Shown piece after piece: positions 10,749 to 20,523 of a stretch of DNA of 64,000 nucleotides. Under the pieces are notes generated by a model. The model saw nothing but the letters and a program-made list of their open reading frames with translations, made no database searches and was not told the origin of the DNA. The DNA is from an uncultured Puniceicoccaceae bacterium. Lineage in GTDB: Bacteria > Verrucomicrobiota > Verrucomicrobiia > Opitutales > Oceanipulchritudinaceae. How positions within the stretch are numbered: the first letter of the stretch is position 1; the number at the start of each line of letters is the position of its first letter. A program made the position numbers and the translations under genes. The stretch covers positions 128,001 to 192,000 of the forward strand of contig CAWVVV010000004.1 in NCBI GenBank assembly GCA_963933835.1, written 5' to 3'.

Positions 10749-10813
10749 CAAAATCGCCCCGCGCGTGCTTTAGGCTTTCAGTCTGAGTTGAGTTCGTCCT
10801 TCGTTTTCATCCG

Positions 10814-11542
10814 ATGATTATTTATCCCGCGATTGATCTACGAAAATGCCGCGTCGTGCGCCTTGAACAAGGAAGAGCCGATGCTGAAACAGTCTACTTC
10901 ACTGATCCAGCCGAGCCTGCTAAGGCATGGAAAGCGGCCGGCGCAGAGTGGGTGCACGTCGTTGATCTGGATGGGGCTTTTGCGGGTGAAGGTCTGAACC
11001 GCAGCGCGGTGGATAGTATTCTCACGGCGGGAATGAAAGTGCAGCTCGGTGGCGGAATGCGATCACATGAAGCAGTTGAATCTGCGCTCAAGGCCGGTGT
11101 TACGCGCGTTGTTATCGGAACCCGCGCCGCTGAAGATCCGAACTTCGTTGGCGACCTCGTGAAGACTTTTGGTGCTGAACATATCGCCGTCGGTATCGAT
11201 GCGAAAGATGGCTTAGTCGCGATCAAGGGTTGGGTTGAAACAATGCAGCTCGACGCGATCGATCTCGCAAAGAAGGTTGAAGAGCTCGGCTGCCAGACGA
11301 TCATCTACACCGACATCAGCCGTGATGGTATGCTCACGGGACCAAATCTTGAAGCCCAGCGCACGATGCTCGAGTCTGTCAGTTGCCGCATCATCGCTTC
11401 AGGTGGCGTGAGCTACCCGAAGGACCTCGTTGCCCTCAGGGCGCTCGAAAAGGACTGCAACAACCTAGACGGTGTCATCACCGGGAAAGCTGTCTACGAA
11501 GGCCGTATCGACCTCGAAGTAGAACTCAAAGCGAACTCATAG
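10814..11542 (+). CDS. hisA: ProFAR isomerase
   Basis: MIIYPAIDL, VHVVDLDGA, QLGGGMR, YTDISRDGML.GPN, IASGGV. Confidence 0.95.
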   Translation: MIIYPAIDLRKCRVVRLEQGRADAETVYFTDPAEPAKAWKAAGAEWVHVVDLDGAFAGEGLNRSAVDSILTAGMKVQLGGGMRSHEAVESALKAGVTRVVIGTRAAEDPNFVGDLVKTFGAEHIAVGIDAKDGLVAIKGWVETMQLDAIDLAKKVEELGCQTIIYTDISRDGMLTGPNLEAQRTMLESVSCRIIASGGVSYPKDLVALRALEKDCNNLDGVITGKAVYEGRIDLEVELKANS

Positions 11543-11610
11543 CGGTACCCGAGCGAGTTCCCCAAAAGAAAAGAGTAGCAGAGCCGTCTATCTCTATAAA
11601 ACCACCACTG

Positions 11611-11672
11611 CGGCCAGCTGAGACAGGCGGCCCTACCATAACCAAAGGTAGGGATGGCTGTCCCGCCATCCG
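11611..11672. repeat. Pair of oppositely oriented GTAG-type REP-like palindromes
   Basis: Minus strand GGTAGGGCCGCCTGTCTCAGCTGGCCG (11637-11611); plus strand GGTAGGGATGGCTGTCCCGCCATCCG (11647-11672). Confidence 0.5.
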
Positions 11673-11715
11673 CAGTGTTTGTGCTTCGAGCCGTCTGCCG
11701 AAACGCTACTCAGCC

Positions 11716-12926
11716 TTACAGCTCGTCCAGAATATACTCGAGGGGATAGGCCCAGATTTCGCTCAGAGTAGGGTGATACCAGTGCACGCGCACGAGGCTC
11801 TCAATATCAGCGTTGAGTGATACCGCGACAGCCATGGAGTGGATGAGTTCGCCAGCGTCTTTGCCGAGACATTCCGCGCCAAGGAGGAGGCCGGTTTTCT
11901 TGTCCGCCCATGCCTTCACGTATCCGTAATTCGCCTCCATCAGCATCGACTTGCCATGATCGTTGAAAGGGTAGTCAGCCGCGACAACTTCGTAGCCAGC
12001 TTCGCTGCACTCCTCGAGCGTCCTTCCTGCCGTCGCGATCTGCGGATCGGTGAAAACGACCCCAGTGCGGTTTTCGTAGTCTAGCTTTTTGAGATTTAAC
12101 CCATCGACGTTTGGGCGGCGGCCTAAGGCATTGCATACATGCTTGGCGGTAACGCTCTGCTCTTTACCATCCTTTGTGAAATGCGCGGTGAATCCATTAT
12201 CGATACGTTCGATACGTGTGAGTTGGGTATCCGTGATGACCTCCAGTCCGCCATCTCGAAAGGCTTCTTCAATAACCGCACTCGCCTCAGGCGACATCTC
12301 TTTTAGGATCCTCGGACTGCGTTGGATTTGCGTCACCTTTGTCCCCATGCGCTGGAGGAACTGAGCAAGCTCACAAGCGACGATACCGCCACCAAGCATG
12401 ATGACGGATTCAGGCAGGGTATTGAGATCAAGAACACCATCACTCGTCCAAATCCCCTCCAGACCTAAGCCTTCAACGGGTGGTCAATTTACGGTGGAGC
12501 CAGTTGATATAAAAAGGTCTTTGCCGTGATTTTTCGCCCCGACGGCTGAAGCTCGATGGTGTTCTTATCAACAAAGGTAGCGCGTTCGCGGAACAGGGTA
12601 AATCGATCTGATTGTAACTGCTCCTGACGGTAGCTCTTGAAGTCGTCGATCATCCGGACTTTGCGAGCGTGAACCTCTGCCATATCAGCGCTCGCGACAG
12701 GAATTCTAAGACCAAAACGCGCCCCAATTTGCGCCGCGTGAAGAATCTCAGCGCTGTAGATCAGCGTCTTTGATGGCATACATCCGCGCAGTATACAGAG
12801 CCCGCCGAGCTCCACCGAGTCGTCAACAATCGCTACGTGTTCAGACTCTTCTCGCGCCGTGCGTGCCGCCGCGTAACCAGCGCTTCCGCCTCCAATAATT
12901 ACAAAATCGAATTCATCTGCCTGCAT
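11716..12926 (-). pseudogene. Class-I pyridine nucleotide-disulfide oxidoreductase (Lpd/MerA-like), disrupted
   Basis: IIGGGSAG, GGLCILRGCMPSK, YHPTLSE; frameshift near 12511, in-frame TGA near 12485, internal deletion near 12085. Confidence 0.85.
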
Positions 12927-12997
12927 TCAAAAACGAATGCGCTCACTCTGCTCGAATGGCAAATGCTATACGTATTCTGAGCGGCGAGATATGCGTC

Positions 12998-14032
12998 TTA
13001 GTTCTTCGCCTCGATCAGCCCCCAAGTCGTCTCAGCGCGTTGCTTGAGACCTATGCGGCAGTGATCAACTTCGCTTTCACGAATTTCACGGTTGGTGTTG
13101 GCGATTTTTGAAAGGTCAGCGAGATCATAGAGATAGACCGCTTCTTCTTTTCCGCAGCCAGCATCGACGTCGCGGGGCATCGCGAGGTCAATCAAGAGGA
13201 GGGGGTCGCCATTTCGCTCCGCCATGATGCGCGTGACTTCTTCGGCGAGCAGAAGTGATCCAGGTGACGCCGTAGCAAAGATCGCGACGTCGGCTTTTTC
13301 GAGGACGGTCTTCCATGTATCAAAAGGGACGACTTCACCTACCACTTCAGCAGCGGCGAGACTAGCGGTTTCCTCACGGCGACTCGTGACAGAAATCTGC
13401 TTTAAGCCCCGAGAATGAAGCGCCTTGACCACGTCGCGGCCTACTTCTCCTCCTCCGATGACGAGCGCATGGGATTTCTTCAGTTCTCCAAAGACGCGGG
13501 CGGCGAGATCGACAGCGATGTTCCCAAGGCTGACATGGCCTTGATTGATCGCAGTATGTGTGCGGGCCCACTTGCCCGCTTGAAAGGATTTCTGGAAGAG
13601 CTTGTGGAGGAGGCGGCCCGCCGTTTTACGATCGCAGGCTTCAGCGTAGGCATCCTTCACTTGCCCAAAGATTTCCGTTTCGCCGATGAGCTGCGATTTG
13701 AGTCCCGCTGCGACTTCGAAGAGGTGCTGAACAACAGACTGCCCTTCGAGGGTATAGACGTGTGGGCGAAAAGTCTCCTCGGGTGTCTGGGTCGCGGCAG
13801 CAATTTTTCCGGCGAGAAGATCTGTTTTTGCTGTTTCGCCAACGGCGTAAATCTCTAGCCGATTACAGGTGTGCAAGACCGCCACTTCTCCAAGTTCACT
13901 CTGAGTTTGAAGGTCGCCGTAGAGCTGGCGGAGGGCCGCTGTGTCGAGGTTGAGCTTCTCGCGCAATTCGAGGGGGGCACTTTCGTGACTACAGCCAACC
14001 AAGTGCAAATGCTGGGTATTCGACGGGCTCAT
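12998..14032 (-). CDS. hemA: Glutamyl-tRNA reductase
   Basis: TCNRLEIY, GETEIFGQVK, IGGGEVG, DLAMPRD. Confidence 0.92.
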   Translation of the reverse strand: MSPSNTQHLHLVGCSHESAPLELREKLNLDTAALRQLYGDLQTQSELGEVAVLHTCNRLEIYAVGETAKTDLLAGKIAAATQTPEETFRPHVYTLEGQSVVQHLFEVAAGLKSQLIGETEIFGQVKDAYAEACDRKTAGRLLHKLFQKSFQAGKWARTHTAINQGHVSLGNIAVDLAARVFGELKKSHALVIGGGEVGRDVVKALHSRGLKQISVTSRREETASLAAAEVVGEVVPFDTWKTVLEKADVAIFATASPGSLLLAEEVTRIMAERNGDPLLLIDLAMPRDVDAGCGKEEAVYLYDLADLSKIANTNREIRESEVDHCRIGLKQRAETTWGLIEAKN

Positions 14033-14865
14033 CGGGCGCTTAGGCTGGAAGGCTCGTCGAGAGGCTCAGGGGATCTTTGCACAATCGCTAATGTAGCTAG
14101 AGCAAAGGCAAAAAGGATGAGGGCGCTCCAAGCGAAACGCTTGCCCCGCAGTTTCTTCAAAATGCGAAGAATAGCTAAAACGACGTAGGCGATCCATAGA
14201 ACGATCGTTATCTTCAACTTGGCCGTGGTGACGTCGCCATGTTCACTGAGCCAGTGAACAGAGCCTATAACCATCGCAAAAGAAAACACACTGGCTCCAA
14301 CGATCGCTAGACGCTGATTGACCGTGTCGAGCTGAATCACAGAGGGAAGATGGGTATAGATGCCTTGGACCTGCTTTCGCTTCAGACCGTAGTTCTGAAG
14401 CAAATACATCGCCGAAGTTGCGGCGAGCAGTCCGAAGACTCCGTAGCTGAAAAGCGCGAGTGCGGCATGGGACTCAATCCAGGGGTTTCCGCCAAAGAGG
14501 CTCGGATGATCGTAGTCCCAGGTTGGAATAACGACCGAGATCAGACTCAAGATTGCCGAGACGCCCGCCGCGAAAACACCGAGCAAACTCATGCGAAAGA
14601 TTGACCCCGCCAAAAAATAGACAGCCATGGTTGACCAGCTGATAAACTGGAGCACCTCAAAGGGGTTGCCAATAGGACAGCTCCGCACCTCTAGCCCGCG
14701 CCAGTAGAGCCCGATAGACTGCAGGACAAAACCGATCGCAAGGACACCTGCCACCAGCGAAGCCGACGTTTCATGCCGCTTCTTTGAAAGGTTCAGCAGC
14801 GTAATTAGAAGGGCCGTCGTGTATACCCCTGCTCCGAGGAGCATCCACCAGCGATCATCAAACAT
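14029..14865 (-). CDS. Cytochrome c assembly (CcsA/HemX-like) membrane protein
   Basis: About 8 TM segments, CPIGNPFE, WIESHAALALFSYG; located between hemH and hemA. Confidence 0.75.
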   Translation of the reverse strand: MFDDRWWMLLGAGVYTTALLITLLNLSKKRHETSASLVAGVLAIGFVLQSIGLYWRGLEVRSCPIGNPFEVLQFISWSTMAVYFLAGSIFRMSLLGVFAAGVSAILSLISVVIPTWDYDHPSLFGGNPWIESHAALALFSYGVFGLLAATSAMYLLQNYGLKRKQVQGIYTHLPSVIQLDTVNQRLAIVGASVFSFAMVIGSVHWLSEHGDVTTAKLKITIVLWIAYVVLAILRILKKLRGKRFAWSALILFAFALATLAIVQRSPEPLDEPSSLSAR

Positions 14866-14874
14866 ACAGACTTC

Positions 14875-15930
14875 TTAGGCGAGCGGAGCACGCTCTGGCG
14901 AGGACTGTTCTGCCGATTCTTTAGTCCAATCCTGAACGCGTTGATGGAGGAATTGTATCCAGCCGGGGTGTTCGTTGAGGCAGGGGATCTGCTCAAAGGA
15001 TTCTCCGCCGGCATCGATAAACTCCTCTTTAACGCCTTCGGCGATTTCTTCGAGGGTTTCAAGGCAGTCTGTAACGAATGCGGGGCAGATCACCTTAATC
15101 TTTTTCACCCCTTCAGCGGCGAGGCGTCGGATGGTCGCGTCGGAGGGTGGCATCAGCCATGGATCCCTCCCGAGGCGGCTTTGAAAGCTCATGATCCAGC
15201 GATCTTCAGGTAGTCCAAGACGTTCCGCGAGGGCTTCGGCGGTGAAAAGGCATTGATGACGGTAGCAAGTAGCGTGGGCCGGATTCGCCACGTGACAGCA
15301 GTCCTTGGTCAAGAGGCAGTGTGAATGGGATGGATCGGATAGCTTCACATGACGCTCGGGAATACCATGAAAACTGATCACGAGTTTCTCGACCGAGTCG
15401 TCGATGTATCCGCGGGCACTTTCAGCCAAGACGTCCAGATAGTCAGCCTCCTTGTAGAAGGGCTGAAGGGTGTCTACTTTCAGATCTGGAAAACGCTCAC
15501 GAACAACCTCCATGACGCGCACAACAACGGTTTCGTAGCTCGACATCGCATATTGAGGGTAGAGCGGAACCAAAAAGACTTCATCGACCCCATCCTTCAC
15601 CATTCGCTCCAAGATATCCGGAATCGAAGGGTCTCCATAGCGCATCGCGAGGTAGATTTCGCAGTCCGACCTTTCCTGCAGAAGCTGCTGTTGCTTTACG
15701 CTGGTGGCGACAAGGGGGGAGCCTTCTTCAGTCCAGATGGTGGAATAGGCTTCGGCGGATTTCTTCGGTCGCGTGTTGAGAATAATCGCCGGAACGACGA
15801 ATTTGCGGACGAAAGGGAGGTCGATTACACGCTCGTCGGTTAGGAACTCAGCGAGGTAGCGTTTTACGTCTGCTACATCTGTAGAATCAGGAGAGCCAAG
15901 GTTGACCAGTAAGACTGCTTGTTTTGACAT
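14875..15930 (-). CDS. hemH: Ferrochelatase
   Basis: LLVNLGSPD, PLYPQYA, SFHGIP, FQSRLG, FVTDCLETLEEI. Confidence 0.95.
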   Translation of the reverse strand: MSKQAVLLVNLGSPDSTDVADVKRYLAEFLTDERVIDLPFVRKFVVPAIILNTRPKKSAEAYSTIWTEEGSPLVATSVKQQQLLQERSDCEIYLAMRYGDPSIPDILERMVKDGVDEVFLVPLYPQYAMSSYETVVVRVMEVVRERFPDLKVDTLQPFYKEADYLDVLAESARGYIDDSVEKLVISFHGIPERHVKLSDPSHSHCLLTKDCCHVANPAHATCYRHQCLFTAEALAERLGLPEDRWIMSFQSRLGRDPWLMPPSDATIRRLAAEGVKKIKVICPAFVTDCLETLEEIAEGVKEEFIDAGGESFEQIPCLNEHPGWIQFLHQRVQDWTKESAEQSSPERAPLA

Positions 15931-16003
15931 TGTGCGACGGTTCCTCTTCTCCGCATCTTCGTCAACTTTCTAGAACAATTTCCTTTAGCCGATTTCTCCG
16001 GGC

Positions 16004-16567
16004 ATGGTCCTACTCATCGATAACTACGATTCGTTCACGTATAACCTGTATCAATACTACCTCAAAACTGGGGTGGATTGTCAGGTGCTGCGCAATGACG
16101 TGGTAGAAATTGGCGCGCTGGCAGCGATGAATCCTCAACTGATCGTCATTTCTCCGGGGCCGGGTGGACCAGAGGCGACGGGACGTTGTTTGGAGATCAT
16201 TGAACGCTACGGCGGGCAGATCCCTATTTTTGGCGTTTGCCTGGGGCTGCAGACCCTAGCCTCAGCGGCGGGTGCGAGCATAATTAAGGCGAGGGCGCCG
16301 GTTCACGGGAAACTTTCCAAAATCGAGCACGATGAGCAGGGCGTTTTTGCAAACGTACCAAGTCCGTTTCAGGTAACCCGTTATAACTCACTCGTTGTCG
16401 ATCCAGAGACTGTTCCGGTTGATTGGTCGGTGAGTGCACGGAGTTCGGATGGCGAGATTATGGGAATGCGACAGGAGGCCTTGCGCATTGAAGGGGTACA
16501 ATTTCACCCAGAGGCACTTTTAACCGAGCATGGACATCCGATTGTGGAGAACTCTCTAAAACTTTAG
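16004..16567 (+). CDS. pabA: Aminodeoxychorismate synthase glutaminase subunit
   Basis: IDNYDSFTYNL, SPGPG, GVCLG.Q, QFHPE; first gene of the folate operon. Confidence 0.85.
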   Translation: MVLLIDNYDSFTYNLYQYYLKTGVDCQVLRNDVVEIGALAAMNPQLIVISPGPGGPEATGRCLEIIERYGGQIPIFGVCLGLQTLASAAGASIIKARAPVHGKLSKIEHDEQGVFANVPSPFQVTRYNSLVVDPETVPVDWSVSARSSDGEIMGMRQEALRIEGVQFHPEALLTEHGHPIVENSLKL

Positions 16568-17949
16568 TGATGGAGATGCGTCGAATCAGATGGGTGGGTA
16601 ATGCAGATGCGCTGGTCCGGGCCGTAACGCAGCTGCCGGACGGATTCGTCCTTGAAAGTTCACTACAAGCCAATGGTCTGGGTCGGTTTTCCTTCGCAGG
16701 GTATGGCCCCCTGAGCGAATTTATTTATCGGGTTGAAGACTCGAAAGCGGGTGAACTTGACCCGTTGAAGGCGCTCGAGTCGTGGTTTGCTCAGTATCAG
16801 ACGAATGAGGAGCTCGAACGTTTTCCCTTCACCGGTGGGGCGGTTGGGTTTCTTGCCTACGAGGCCGCTGTCGGATGGATACCAAAGGTTGAGATGTTAA
16901 ATATCGATCCGCGCATTCCGCTCATCGAGTTTAAGGCCTACGACGGTGTCTTCGCTTACGACCACGAAGATGGATCGCTTCATATCCTCGCTCATGGATG
17001 GGAAGAGCCTGCGGCCGATATCCTTGATCGACTAGAGATCTTCGCAAAAAACGCCCAGATTTCGAAGCCCCCGCGCGCAATGACGAAGCTGGCACTCGGG
17101 GAGGCCGTTTCTAATTTCACACTGGAAAGCTATAGTGCGGCTGTCGAGAAGGCGCGTGGCTACATTCGCGAAGGTGAAGTGTATCAGGTTAATCTCGCGC
17201 AGCGCTTTGAGATCAATGCCGCAGGCGCTACAGCATTCGACATCTACGAGCGTTTCCGTTCGACGACTCAAGCCCCTTACAGCGCTTGTCTTCCATTCGA
17301 GGGTGGGCATTTGCTTTCCTGCTCACCGGAACAACTTCTATGCCGAACTGGCCGCCGATTAACAAGTCGGCCGATTAAAGGGACAAGGCCGCGTGGGACA
17401 TCAGCCGAAAACAATGCAGCACAGAGAAAGGAACTCTCTACCTCGGAAAAAGACCGCGCCGAGCTGCTCATGATTGTTGATCTCGTGCGCAACGATCTCG
17501 GACGTATCGCCGAGACAGGATCCGTTGAAGTCTCGGGGCTATTCAATCTGGAGACTTACCCAAGCGTCTTTCATCAAACAGCACGTGTCAGTGCACTCGC
17601 CGCTGAAGGGGTCGGATTGGCAGACTGTATAGAAGCGCTTTTCCCCGGGGGCTCCATTACCGGCGCGCCGAAACTCCGCGCCATGCAGATCATTAATGAG
17701 CTAGAAAATACGCCCCGCGGAGCATATACGGGTGCGATTGGCTGGCTCGATCCGAGCGGTAACTTTGAGTTTAATATCGCGATTCGCACCGCGACACTGA
17801 TCGACGACTGCCTTTCCTATCACGCTGGAGCGGGGATCGTATGGGACTCCAATGCTGCAATGGAGTATACTGAAACACTCGATAAGGCGGCGGGCTTTTT
17901 TCGTGCTCTTGATCTCTCTTTTCCTCTTACTTCAGGAGATCTAAGATGA
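16567..17949 (+). CDS. pabB: Aminodeoxychorismate synthase component I
   Basis: YQVNLAQR, SPE, PIKGTRPR, AELLMIVDLVRND, FPGGSITGAPK. Confidence 0.88.
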   Translation: MMEMRRIRWVGNADALVRAVTQLPDGFVLESSLQANGLGRFSFAGYGPLSEFIYRVEDSKAGELDPLKALESWFAQYQTNEELERFPFTGGAVGFLAYEAAVGWIPKVEMLNIDPRIPLIEFKAYDGVFAYDHEDGSLHILAHGWEEPAADILDRLEIFAKNAQISKPPRAMTKLALGEAVSNFTLESYSAAVEKARGYIREGEVYQVNLAQRFEINAAGATAFDIYERFRSTTQAPYSACLPFEGGHLLSCSPEQLLCRTGRRLTSRPIKGTRPRGTSAENNAAQRKELSTSEKDRAELLMIVDLVRNDLGRIAETGSVEVSGLFNLETYPSVFHQTARVSALAAEGVGLADCIEALFPGGSITGAPKLRAMQIINELENTPRGAYTGAIGWLDPSGNFEFNIAIRTATLIDDCLSYHAGAGIVWDSNAAMEYTETLDKAAGFFRALDLSFPLTSGDLR

Positions 17950-18791
17950 TGGTAGATGGAATTGAAAACGTCTCGCCGAATGCGAGTGGCTTCGCCCATG
18001 GAGTGGGTCTTTTCGAGACCTGCGCCCTCGTCGAGAGTAAGGCAGCCTTCTTTGATGAACACTGGGAGCGTCTCGCGGCGTCTGCTGCGTCGCTTGGTCT
18101 TCCTTTTGAATATGACAAAACGGAGGTGGTATTTGCTTTGTGCGAATTCCTAGAGCAGGCAACCAACGCAGACGACTCAGCCTTGAAGCTGACGCTCTAC
18201 GAAGACGCCCCGGGACACACGAAGTTGATTTGGAATTTAAGGGCCAAGAGGAAACTCTCTCCGGAAGTTCGCACCCGGCTCAATCTGTCCAGTCAACAAC
18301 TCAACGAACACGCTGAACTCACGGGGCACAAGACGCTCAACTACTGGCCCAATCGCCGAGGTCTTGAACGAGCGACACAGGCGGGCGTTCTAGATGCGCT
18401 CGTTCTTAATACAAATGGAGTGCTTGCAGAATGCTGGGCGTCGAATGTCTTTATCATCAAAGAGGGCGTAGCTTATACACCACCCCTTGATGATGGTCCT
18501 CTGCCAGGCGTAGTAAGAAGAATCATACGACAGGAAGCCTTACGAAATGGCATCGAGATGGACGAATGCTCTATAACGCTTGAAGATGTGAGTCAGGCGG
18601 AGGCGGTTTTTGTTACGAACAGCCTAATCGGTATTCAAGAGATCACACAGATCGAATTGATGAATACGAGGACATGGAGTGCAGCACAAACTGCACACCC
18701 CATCATCGAGAAGCTTAAAGCATCCTATGCATCTGCTTTAGCAAAAAGCATTTCAATGTTTGGCCCCAGAGGGGAGGGTGCTGTTAGATGA
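17946..18791 (+). CDS. pabC: Class IV aminotransferase / aminodeoxychorismate lyase
   Basis: G.GLFET, HKTLNY, E...SNVF, LPGVVR, FVTNS; operon context. Confidence 0.8.
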   Translation: MMVDGIENVSPNASGFAHGVGLFETCALVESKAAFFDEHWERLAASAASLGLPFEYDKTEVVFALCEFLEQATNADDSALKLTLYEDAPGHTKLIWNLRAKRKLSPEVRTRLNLSSQQLNEHAELTGHKTLNYWPNRRGLERATQAGVLDALVLNTNGVLAECWASNVFIIKEGVAYTPPLDDGPLPGVVRRIIRQEALRNGIEMDECSITLEDVSQAEAVFVTNSLIGIQEITQIELMNTRTWSAAQTAHPIIEKLKASYASALAKSISMFGPRGEGAVR

Positions 18792-19603
18792 GTGTGGCGT
18801 TCCCAGGTTTCGTTCTAGGACAGCGAACATACCTCATGGGTATTCTGAATCTGACTCCTGATTCATTTTCTGATGGCGGTCGCTTTAACACCCCCGAAGC
18901 GGCTTTAGCCCGCGTCGTTCAGCTAGTAGAGGAAGGGGCTGATATCATCGACATCGGAGGGGAGTCCACTCGCCCGAAGAGTCATTTAGTCAGCACAGCA
19001 GAAGAGCTGCTTCGCGTCATCCCGGTGATTGAGCAACTACGCGAGGCTTTGCCAAATACCGTCCTCTCAATTGATACCACTAAACCAATTGTCGCGGAAG
19101 AAGCGCTAAAGCGGGGAGTCCATATTCTGAACGACGTCCATGGCCTTCATGGGGAAGGGGAGGCACTTGCCGCATTGACTGCAAAATACGACGCGGGGCT
19201 TGTCATCATGCACAATTCTAGATTGCGCCCGATTGATGGAGATCCGATCGAGAGCATGCGGGCCTATTTTGAGGATGCGTTATCGATTGCAGATAGGGCA
19301 GGTGTTTCGAAATCGAAAATCATCTTAGATCCTGGAATTGGTTTTGGTAAAGAGGTCGACGAAAACTGGGCTTTGCTCCGACGTCTCAAGGAACTGAAGC
19401 AGATGGGCCTACCACTACTTCTCGGCGCTTCAAGAAAGAAATTTTTGGGCGAAGGGCTCGATATCGACAACCCCGATGATCGAGATATGGCCACCGTTGG
19501 CACAACTGTCGTTGGCATCGAACAGGGAATCGACATCGTTCGAGTTCACGACGTTAAATCAAATCGCGACGCTGCTCTTGTCGCTGATCGAACTTACCGC
19601 TGA
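18788..19603 (+). CDS. folP: Dihydropteroate synthase
   Basis: MGILNLTPDSFSDGG, DIGGESTRP, DPGIGFGK, SRK, VRVHDV. Confidence 0.95.
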   Translation: MSVAFPGFVLGQRTYLMGILNLTPDSFSDGGRFNTPEAALARVVQLVEEGADIIDIGGESTRPKSHLVSTAEELLRVIPVIEQLREALPNTVLSIDTTKPIVAEEALKRGVHILNDVHGLHGEGEALAALTAKYDAGLVIMHNSRLRPIDGDPIESMRAYFEDALSIADRAGVSKSKIILDPGIGFGKEVDENWALLRRLKELKQMGLPLLLGASRKKFLGEGLDIDNPDDRDMATVGTTVVGIEQGIDIVRVHDVKSNRDAALVADRTYR

Positions 19604-19613
19604 AACAAACATT

Positions 19614-19985
19614 ATGGACCTGAAATCCTACAGTCTGCAGTTAAACAAAGTTGTGCTATACGCCTACCACGGCTGTCTCCCGGAAGAGAATCGCTTAGGT
19701 CAACGCTTTGTCATAGATCTCTGCGCAAAAATTGCTCTTCCAGTAGCGATAGATTCCGATGAGATTAACCACCTGATCAGTTACGCAGATGTCTACGAGG
19801 TGCTAAAAGTCGCCTTTACGGAAAACACCTTCCAGACGCTTGAATCCTGCGCATCTAATATCGCCAGTGCGGTCTTTGAGGCTTTTCAGGGTGTTGTTGT
19901 GATTGACCTAAAAATCAGCAAGCCATCGGTTCCTGTAGATTGCGCCTGCGAGAGCTTCGGAATTTCCGTCAGCTTCACACGGTAA
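19614..19985 (+). CDS. folB: Dihydroneopterin aldolase
   Basis: YAYHGCLPEE..LGQRF.IDL, SYADV, KP; ATG at 19614. Confidence 0.88.
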   Translation: MDLKSYSLQLNKVVLYAYHGCLPEENRLGQRFVIDLCAKIALPVAIDSDEINHLISYADVYEVLKVAFTENTFQTLESCASNIASAVFEAFQGVVVIDLKISKPSVPVDCACESFGISVSFTR

Positions 19986-20486
19986 ATGTCGGAACGTGTA
20001 TATATTGCAATGGGGTCGAATATCGGCGACCGATTTGCTCATTTAGCCTTCGCGTTCCGTGAATTAAGCAAAATTGCGCTAAATTATGCTGTGGAGTTTT
20101 CCTCGATTTATGAAACCGAAGCCATTGGGCCCGGCGTCCAAAAAAACTACTACAATGCGGTCGTGTCACTGGAGACGTCATGGGCACCAGAGCGCCTTCT
20201 TGAGCACTGTCTTGAAATAGAAATGCAGAGAGGACGAGAGCGACGCGAACGCTGGGGTCCGAGAACACTGGATCTAGATCTCCTCTTTCATGGCGACCGG
20301 ACGCATGCATCCTCTACGCTCACACTACCTCATCCACGCATTCAAGAGAGAGCCTTCGTATTGGCTCCACTGTGCGAGCTAGAGCCACGATTGTTGATTC
20401 AAAGAAAAGCTATTACCCAGCACCTGTCTTGCTTGGACGCTGAGATGACGTCAGTTCGAAGGCTTGATGACTTGAATTTGGGGTAA
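19986..20486 (+). CDS. folK: HPPK (dihydropteridine diphosphokinase)
   Basis: YIAMGSNIGD, SSIYET, RWGPRTLDLDLL, LPHPR..ERAFVL. Confidence 0.95.
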   Translation: MSERVYIAMGSNIGDRFAHLAFAFRELSKIALNYAVEFSSIYETEAIGPGVQKNYYNAVVSLETSWAPERLLEHCLEIEMQRGRERRERWGPRTLDLDLLFHGDRTHASSTLTLPHPRIQERAFVLAPLCELEPRLLIQRKAITQHLSCLDAEMTSVRRLDDLNLG

Positions 20487-20523
20487 GTCGAGCTCTTCGC
20501 AATCCACTCTAAGTGCGCTTATC

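Noticed and set aside
12998..14032. Short HemA (344 aa) as a truncated pseudogene
   Set aside because: Catalytic and NADPH-binding motifs are intact with a clean stop; short forms lacking the dimerisation tail are plausible.
15931..16003. att-site duplicate of the tRNA-Ser 3' end bounding a folate island
   Set aside because: No TGGCGGAGGG-like copy seen in this gap and no integrase in the window.
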